Below, one piece after another: positions 27,801 to 32,000 of a DNA stretch of 32,000 nt. Position 1 is the stretch's first letter. Every line of letters starts with the position of its first letter. The notes beneath the pieces were generated by a model, which saw only the letters and a list, made by a program, of their open reading frames with translations, searched no databases and was not told the origin of the DNA. The DNA comes from Cupriavidus necator (lineage in GTDB: Bacteria; Pseudomonadota; Gammaproteobacteria; Burkholderiales; Burkholderiaceae): assembly GCF_016127575.1 (NCBI RefSeq), contig NZ_CP066018.1, forward strand, positions 2,340,001-2,372,000, given 5' to 3'. The translations under genes were made by a program, and so were the position numbers.

Positions 27801-28977
27801 CGGCGACGGCAAGATCACGGCCACCGGCAACGTCAAGCTGGGCGAGGCCGATCCCAACCTGACCGGCAAGATCGTCGCCGACAAGCTGCAGCTGTTCGCC
27901 AGCCCCGAGCGCACGCTGGTGGTCTCGGGCGACGCCACCATCGCCAACGAGAACAAGCAGGTCGTGATCCGCGGCAAGATCCATGTCGACCGCGGCCTGT
28001 TCGACCTGCCCAAGGCCGGCGCGCCGGTGCTGGGCGACGATGTGGTGGTGATCCGGCGCAAGGACCAGCGCGCCGTTAAGACTGCCGCCACGCAGGCGCC
28101 GGAGACCAAGCCGGCAAGCAAGTTCAGCCCGGTGATCGACCTGACCGTGGACCTGGGCAACAACTTCCGCTTCCGGGGCGCGGGCGCGGACCTGTTGCTG
28201 GCCGGCCAGATGGGTGTCAAGAGCGAACCCCTGGTACCGATGAAGGCCACCGGCACGGTGCGCGTGACCGACGGCACCTATGAAGCCTTCGGGCGCAAGC
28301 TGGACATCGAGCGCGGCATCATCAACTTCAACGGCCCGATCGACAACCCGAACATGAACATCCGCGCCATGCGCCGCAACCAGGAAGTGGAGGCGGGCGT
28401 GGAGGTGACCGGCACGGTGCGGCTGCCGCGCGTGCGGCTGGTGTCGGAACCCAATGTGCCGGATGAGGATAAGCTCTCGTGGCTGATGTTCGGCTACGGC
28501 GCGGAAAGCGCCGGTGCCGGCCAGCAGCGCCAGCTGGGTGGCGCCGCGCTGGGCGGCGCGGCGCTGGGCATGATCGGCGGCAAGGCCGGCAAGGGCATCG
28601 TGCAGCATTTCGGCATCGACGAATTCTCGATCGGGCCCAGCACCGCGGGTCTCAATGACCAGCAGGTGGTCAGCATGGGCAAGGCCATTACCGAGCGTAT
28701 GTCGGTAGGCTATGAGCAGAGCCTGACATCGGCCTCGAACGTGGTGAAGCTCACCTGGCAGTTCTCACGGCGCTGGTCGCTGATTGCCAAGGGCGGGTCC
28801 ATCAACGGTTTGTCGGTCTTGTTCAACCGCCGCTTCGACAGCTGGGCGAACCTGTTCAGCGGGACCTCGGGTCGCAGCGACACCAGAAGGAGCCAGCAGG
28901 ATGAGAGCCAGCCAACCAGTCCCGACAGCGCGGCACAGGCAGCCTCGGCAGTCATTTCCGAGCCCGTGCGCCGCTGA
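24829..28977 (+). CDS. tamB: TamB-like inner-membrane-anchored translocation and assembly module protein (DUF490/AsmA-like)
   Basis: About 1380 aa with an N-terminal TM anchor (WRVLAWLVGILLLLMVALAAAGVAAL) and a long beta-rich repetitive body. The C-terminal DUF490-like region reads ...GTVRVTDGTYEAFGRKLDIERGIINFNGPIDNPNMNIRAMR...LSWLMFG...LTWQFSRRWSLIAKGG. First ATG is at 24829; the listed ORF start 24799 is a TTG. Confidence 0.85.
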   Translation: MSAHDLPSVPGGDSARTPIPPAPRKRRRLWRVLAWLVGILLLLMVALAAAGVAALRTETGTRHLWTLATRLSAGMLSGRLEGGTVAHGLRLRDVVFASGQTRVAVDRVDGNWVLGWQARRLHVQWLRIGKAEVKLGPSEPSTEPMQKPTSLELPLAIDVDSLTLERLSLLQGTAPTAEPMVFSNLAGALHSDGQRHRVSVDKLETPYGKLAANAQLGARAPFALSAEALLESSWQDEAFAVNATAKGNLDALRAELQASGDRIHLRAGADLTPFGKVPFTHLLVDGDRINPRLFSPSAPQANLTVHAELRPVGGVAAAAGAQAASAVSASPPPAASGVSASAPAAAPAPAPLAVAGDIEISNLEAGPLDKERLPVQSVRAHVELSEMAQAVSDLRVALAGKAEISGGGSLRGGRGGFDLDVRRLDPAALHGSLTSASLSGPVVVRMEPGRQSVALDLSGGPLKLFADASIDAEALTLATLRAAVGPGLLTAEGKLGLKDKQPFSFKGKLASFDPSRLAKVAAGRINADFTATGEIAPELGVALDFAVHESEYAGLPMTGGGKVRLADERLLPSEASLSMAGNQANLRGSFGARGDALKLAVDAPQLERLKFGVAGKLKLDATITGTLKKPEVVADYNAQALEMGPHKVASASGRAEVRGGLDGPLSVQLAARDYRGPQASLSTLDATLDGTQANHTFDVKAAGSLNKRPLQLALAGQGAWKGKDGWNGTIRTLEERGTVNLRLAAPTQLLVADQRVRLGAARLLLDRATLTIDSLDWDHGRIRSAGSLDGLQVGHVLELMETITGEKPPVRSDLVIDGRWNLALAETATGFAELRRRSGDLSVNAGRGFTTLGLGETSLRADAGGNRIAMRGGMVSGRIGKVVVDASAGLVQEQGLQTVGPASTLGGTVTVDVPRLKSLEALTGPQYAFDGKLAAAMRLAGTIGAPLLTGTVDGDNLAVTLYDLGLRLTDGTVRVVLDQNTVELKHVEFHGGDGKITATGNVKLGEADPNLTGKIVADKLQLFASPERTLVVSGDATIANENKQVVIRGKIHVDRGLFDLPKAGAPVLGDDVVVIRRKDQRAVKTAATQAPETKPASKFSPVIDLTVDLGNNFRFRGAGADLLLAGQMGVKSEPLVPMKATGTVRVTDGTYEAFGRKLDIERGIINFNGPIDNPNMNIRAMRRNQEVEAGVEVTGTVRLPRVRLVSEPNVPDEDKLSWLMFGYGAESAGAGQQRQLGGAALGGAALGMIGGKAGKGIVQHFGIDEFSIGPSTAGLNDQQVVSMGKAITERMSVGYEQSLTSASNVVKLTWQFSRRWSLIAKGGSINGLSVLFNRRFDSWANLFSGTSGRSDTRRSQQDESQPTSPDSAAQAASAVISEPVRR

Positions 28978-28978
28978 C

Positions 28979-29569
28979 GTGCGCCCCTCCACTTTCGCGT
29001 CGCCGCGACGCCTTGCCGCCATGGGACTCTTTGCCTCTTTGCTTGCGCTGTTCGGCTGCGACCAGCAGAAGGTCGATGAAGCCATGAAGAAGGCGGGCGA
29101 GACCGCCCGCAACACCTGGAACGCGATCAAGCCCGACAGCGAGCTGTTCAAGGGCATCGTCCCCGGTCAGTCCACCGAGGAAGACCTGCGGCGCCAGGCC
29201 GGCAAGCCGGAGATCGTCTGGGAAGAAGCGGACGGCGGGCGCCGGCTTGAATACCCGCGCGGCCCCGAGGGCACCACCACCTGGATGGTCACCATCAGTG
29301 CCGATGGCAAGGTCGCGAAGATCGAGCAGGTGCTGTCGGCCGAGAACTTCGCCCGCGTGCGCGCCGGCATGAGCAAGGACGACATCCGCCGCCTGCTGGG
29401 CAAGCCCACCAAGGTGGAGGCATTTGCGCTGAAGAAGGAAGAGGTGTGGGGCTACCGCTGGATGGAAACCGCCACCGACAAGGCCTTCTTCAACGTGCAT
29501 TTCAACAGCGACGGCACCGTCACCACGACCTCGCGCAGCGACGATCCGTCGAAGATGCAGGGCGGCTGA
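28979..29569 (+). CDS. Lipoprotein with two BamE (SmpA/OmlA)-like repeats, apparently coupled to tamB
   Basis: Lipobox LALFGC. A GTG at 28979, 1 nt after the tamB stop TGA (28975-28977), gives a proper signal peptide: a positively charged n-region RPSTFASPRR followed by LAAMGLFASLLALFGC. The alternative ATG at 29021 lacks an n-region. Two repeats (GQSTEEDLRRQAGKP...TTWMVTISADGKV and GMSKDDIRRLLGKP...EVWGYRW...FFNVHFNSDGTV) resemble E. coli BamE (VGMTQQQVAYALGTP...NTWFYVF...LTLTFNSSGVL, from memory). Confidence 0.7.
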   Translation: MRPSTFASPRRLAAMGLFASLLALFGCDQQKVDEAMKKAGETARNTWNAIKPDSELFKGIVPGQSTEEDLRRQAGKPEIVWEEADGGRRLEYPRGPEGTTTWMVTISADGKVAKIEQVLSAENFARVRAGMSKDDIRRLLGKPTKVEAFALKKEEVWGYRWMETATDKAFFNVHFNSDGTVTTTSRSDDPSKMQGG

Positions 29570-29584
29570 CGCATGCCCCGGCGG

Positions 29585-30550
29585 TCAATGGAGCAGGTGG
29601 CAGGCGGCCACGTGCGCCGGCGCGGCTGAGCCGGCGGCCGGGTCCAGCCGCAGCATGCGGGGGATCTCGGTGGCGCAGGCCGGCACCGCGCGCGGGCAGC
29701 GCGGATGGAACTTGCAGCCCGCTGGCGGGTTCAGCGCCGAGCCGATATCGCCCAGGATCAGCCCCTCGGCCGGCTGGTGGTCGGGGTCGGGCCGCGGCGC
29801 CGAGCCCAGCAATGCCTGCGTGTAGGGGTGGCGCGGGGTGCTGAACACCGCGGCGCTGGGCCCGCTTTCGGCCATATTGCCCAGGTACATCACGCCCACG
29901 GCCGAGCTGAAGTGCTCCACCAGCGCCAGGTCATGGGCGATCACCACATAGGCCAGGCCGAAGCTGCGCTGGATATCGGACAGCAGGTTGACGATCTGCG
30001 CCCGGATCGAGACATCCAGCGCCGAGGTGGGCTCGTCCAGCACGATCAGCCGCGGCTGCAGCGCCAGCGCGCGCGCCACGGCAATGCGCTGGCGCTGGCC
30101 GCCGCTGAACTCGTGCGGGTACAGGTCGAGCGCGCCGGGCGGCAGGCCGACGATCTCCAGCAGCTCCAGCAGCCGCCGGCGCAGCGCGGCGCGGTCGCCG
30201 CCCTGGCCGTGCGCAAGCAGCGGCTCGGCCAGCAGCATGCCCACTTTCAGGCGCGGATTGAGCGAGGACGACGGGTCCTGGAACACCGCCTGCACCTGGC
30301 GCCGGTAGCCCAGCACGCCCTTGCGGTCCAGCGCCAGTACGTCCTGGCCGTCGAAGCGGATGGTGCCGGCGCTGGGGCGCTCAAGCAGCAGCAGCTGCCT
30401 GGCGATGGTGGTCTTGCCGCAGCCGGACTCGCCCACCAGCGCATAGGTCTGGCCGGCATCCACGGCAAAGCTGACGCCGTCGACGGCGCGCACTGTGCCG
30501 CCGCCGCGCGCGGGGAAATGCTTCTTCAGGTTTTCGACTTCGAGCAGCAT
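29585..30550 (-). CDS. Oligopeptide/dipeptide ABC transporter ATP-binding protein (DppF/OppF type)
   Basis: MLLEVENLKKHF... Walker A GESGCGKTT, signature FSGGQRQR, Walker B LIVLDEPTSALD, and the C-terminal oligopeptide-ABC Cys motif GCKFHPRCP. Confidence 0.85.
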   Translation of the reverse strand: MLLEVENLKKHFPARGGGTVRAVDGVSFAVDAGQTYALVGESGCGKTTIARQLLLLERPSAGTIRFDGQDVLALDRKGVLGYRRQVQAVFQDPSSSLNPRLKVGMLLAEPLLAHGQGGDRAALRRRLLELLEIVGLPPGALDLYPHEFSGGQRQRIAVARALALQPRLIVLDEPTSALDVSIRAQIVNLLSDIQRSFGLAYVVIAHDLALVEHFSSAVGVMYLGNMAESGPSAAVFSTPRHPYTQALLGSAPRPDPDHQPAEGLILGDIGSALNPPAGCKFHPRCPRAVPACATEIPRMLRLDPAAGSAAPAHVAACHLLH

Positions 30551-30566
30551 GGCGCCTCCTGGGTTC

Positions 30567-31613
30567 TCAGCCGGCCGAAGCCAGCCAGCAGCTGACCTTG
30601 TGGCCGGATTCAAGTTCGATCTCGGGGGGATAGGCGTCATCGCACAGCGGCTTGCGGTGCGGGCAGCGCGCCGCGAAGCGGCAGCCGTGCGGCGGGTCGA
30701 TCAGGCTGGGCGGGCTGCCCTGGATGGCGTAGAGCCGCTCGCGTTTTTCGCCGAAGTGGGGAATGGCCTGGAGCAGGGCCTGCGTGTAGGGATGGGCGGG
30801 GCGCTGGTACAGCGTGCGCACATCGCCGGTCTCGACAATGCGCCCGGCGTACATCACCGCCACCCGGTGGCAGATGCTGGCCGCCACGCCCAGGTCGTGC
30901 GTGATCAGGATGATGCCGACACCGGTCTGCGCCTGGATCTTGCGGAACAGCGCCATGATCTGCACCTGGATGGTCACGTCCAGTGCCGAGGTGGGTTCGT
31001 CCGCCACCAGCAGGCGCGGCGCGCTGGCAATGGCCATGCCGGTCACCACGCGCTGGCGCATGCCGCCGCTGAACTGGTGCGGATAGTCGTCCAGCCGCGT
31101 CTCGGGCGAGGGGATGCGCACGCTGTCCAGCACCTGCACCACCTGGCGCCGGCGCGCCTCGCGGCTGTCGGCGCGGCCATGGTAGCGCAGCGGCGCGCCG
31201 ACCTGGTCGCCCACCGTGAAGACCGGGTTCAGCGAGGTCAGCGGGTCCTGCGAGATCATCGCGATCTTGCGGCCGCGGTACTGCGTGCTCATGGTCTTCT
31301 CGGGCAGCTGCAGCAGGTCCACGCCATCGAGCAGCACCTTGCCGCCCAGTTGCACGCCGCCCTGGCGCGGCAGCAGGCGCAGGATGGACAGAATGGTCAT
31401 GGACTTGCCGGAGCCGGATTCGCCCACCACGCCCAGGGTCTCGCCTTCATGCACGTGCAGGTCGACGCCGTCCACGGCGCGCACCGTGCCGCGGCGCAGT
31501 CCTAGGTGCGTGGTCAGCCCCTGCACCGACAGCATGGGCGCGCCGCGGGGGGAGCCCCCGGCGGCGGGCGTTGGCGACGGGCGTTGCGTCACGTGCGGGT
31601 CGGGGCCGGTCAT
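30567..31613 (-). CDS. Oligopeptide/dipeptide ABC transporter ATP-binding protein (DppD/OppD type)
   Basis: Walker A GESGSGKS, signature FSGGMRQR, Walker B LLVADEPTSALD, and C-terminal GCRFAARCP. The ATG at 31613 overlaps the upstream permease stop (ATGA). An alternative start is MLSVQG, about 26 codons downstream. Confidence 0.85.
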   Translation of the reverse strand: MTGPDPHVTQRPSPTPAAGGSPRGAPMLSVQGLTTHLGLRRGTVRAVDGVDLHVHEGETLGVVGESGSGKSMTILSILRLLPRQGGVQLGGKVLLDGVDLLQLPEKTMSTQYRGRKIAMISQDPLTSLNPVFTVGDQVGAPLRYHGRADSREARRRQVVQVLDSVRIPSPETRLDDYPHQFSGGMRQRVVTGMAIASAPRLLVADEPTSALDVTIQVQIMALFRKIQAQTGVGIILITHDLGVAASICHRVAVMYAGRIVETGDVRTLYQRPAHPYTQALLQAIPHFGEKRERLYAIQGSPPSLIDPPHGCRFAARCPHRKPLCDDAYPPEIELESGHKVSCWLASAG

Positions 31614-32000
31614 AGCTGCCTCCTTTTCGGGTCGAAGTGGTCGCGCAGCCAGTCGCCCAGCAGGTTGGACGCCAGGCAGGTGGCCATGATGGCCAGTCCG
31701 GGCATGGTGATGGCCCACCACGCGTTGGTGATGTAGTTGCGCGCATCGGCCAGCATCAGCCCCCATGACACATCGGGTTGCTGGATGCCAAGGCCGAGAA
31801 AGCTGAGCGAGGCCTCGAAGATGATCACCTGGCCCACCTGCAGCGTGGCCAGCACCAGCAGGGTGTTGAGCAGGTTGGGCAGCAGGTGGCGGCGGAAGAT
31901 GGTGAGCGTGCCGCAGCCGGCCACGCGCGCCAGCGCCACGTAGTCGCGCTGCTTGAGCGACATCACCTCGCCGCGCACGATGCGCGCGTACCAGGTCCAG
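31610..32000 (-). CDS. Peptide ABC transporter permease (DppC/OppC type), 5'-truncated by the window edge
   Basis: The frame stays open to the window end (...WTWYARIVRGEVMSLKQRDYVALARVAGCG...). The EAA-loop-like region and ...FEASLSFLGLG...WGLMLADA... are typical of the BPD-transporter inner-membrane component. Confidence 0.8.
   Translation of the reverse strand, partial: WTWYARIVRGEVMSLKQRDYVALARVAGCGTLTIFRRHLLPNLLNTLLVLATLQVGQVIIFEASLSFLGLGIQQPDVSWGLMLADARNYITNAWWAITMPGLAIMATCLASNLLGDWLRDHFDPKRRQL

Noticed and set aside
23253-28608. Very long minus-strand ORFs (23253..26705, 1150 aa; 24592..28608, 1338 aa) antisense to tamA/tamB
   Set aside because: They lie entirely opposite genes with clear family signatures. 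Their translations are Arg/Ala/Gly/His/Pro-rich low-complexity strings with no recognisable motifs. Long open antisense frames are expected where third codon positions are almost all G/C and stop codons are therefore rare.

Overview
Very GC-rich betaproteobacterial chromosome, Burkholderiaceae-like (Cupriavidus/Ralstonia type; this is an inference from the Bug-family binding protein, gene content and codon style). The window reads as ordinary, densely packed core genome. I found no mobile element, CRISPR array, rRNA/tRNA gene or recognisable defence, toxin or phage module. Left to right, the content is as follows. (1) A Bug/TctC-type binding protein, a crotonase-family protein and a MatB-like malonyl-CoA synthetase. 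(2) SIMPL/DUF541, TauE/SafE and EVE-domain genes. (3) A 6S RNA (ssrS) with its own terminator, downstream of zapA and a ZapB-like coiled-coil gene. (4) A large cobalamin salvage/uptake locus: sigma70-like promoter, cobalamin riboswitch, btuB-btuC-btuD-cobO-cobT-cobS-cobC on the + strand; btuF-cobD-cbiB-cobU on the - strand; divergent cobQ. (5) A PepSY-TM gene. (6) panC, scpA and a DUF3460 gene. (7) tamA-tamB followed by a lipoprotein with two BamE-like repeats that appears translationally coupled to tamB. (8) The 3' end of a Dpp/Opp-type peptide ABC transporter operon. The items most worth a second look are the possible third TAM component, the crotonase+MatB pairing without a classical MatA, the zapA-6S-EVE neighbourhood with paired palindromic 14-mers just upstream of 6S, and a cobalamin riboswitch with a long internal insertion. 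All calls rest on by-eye motif recognition and coordinates read from the sequence. No database search was run, so I cannot establish novelty.
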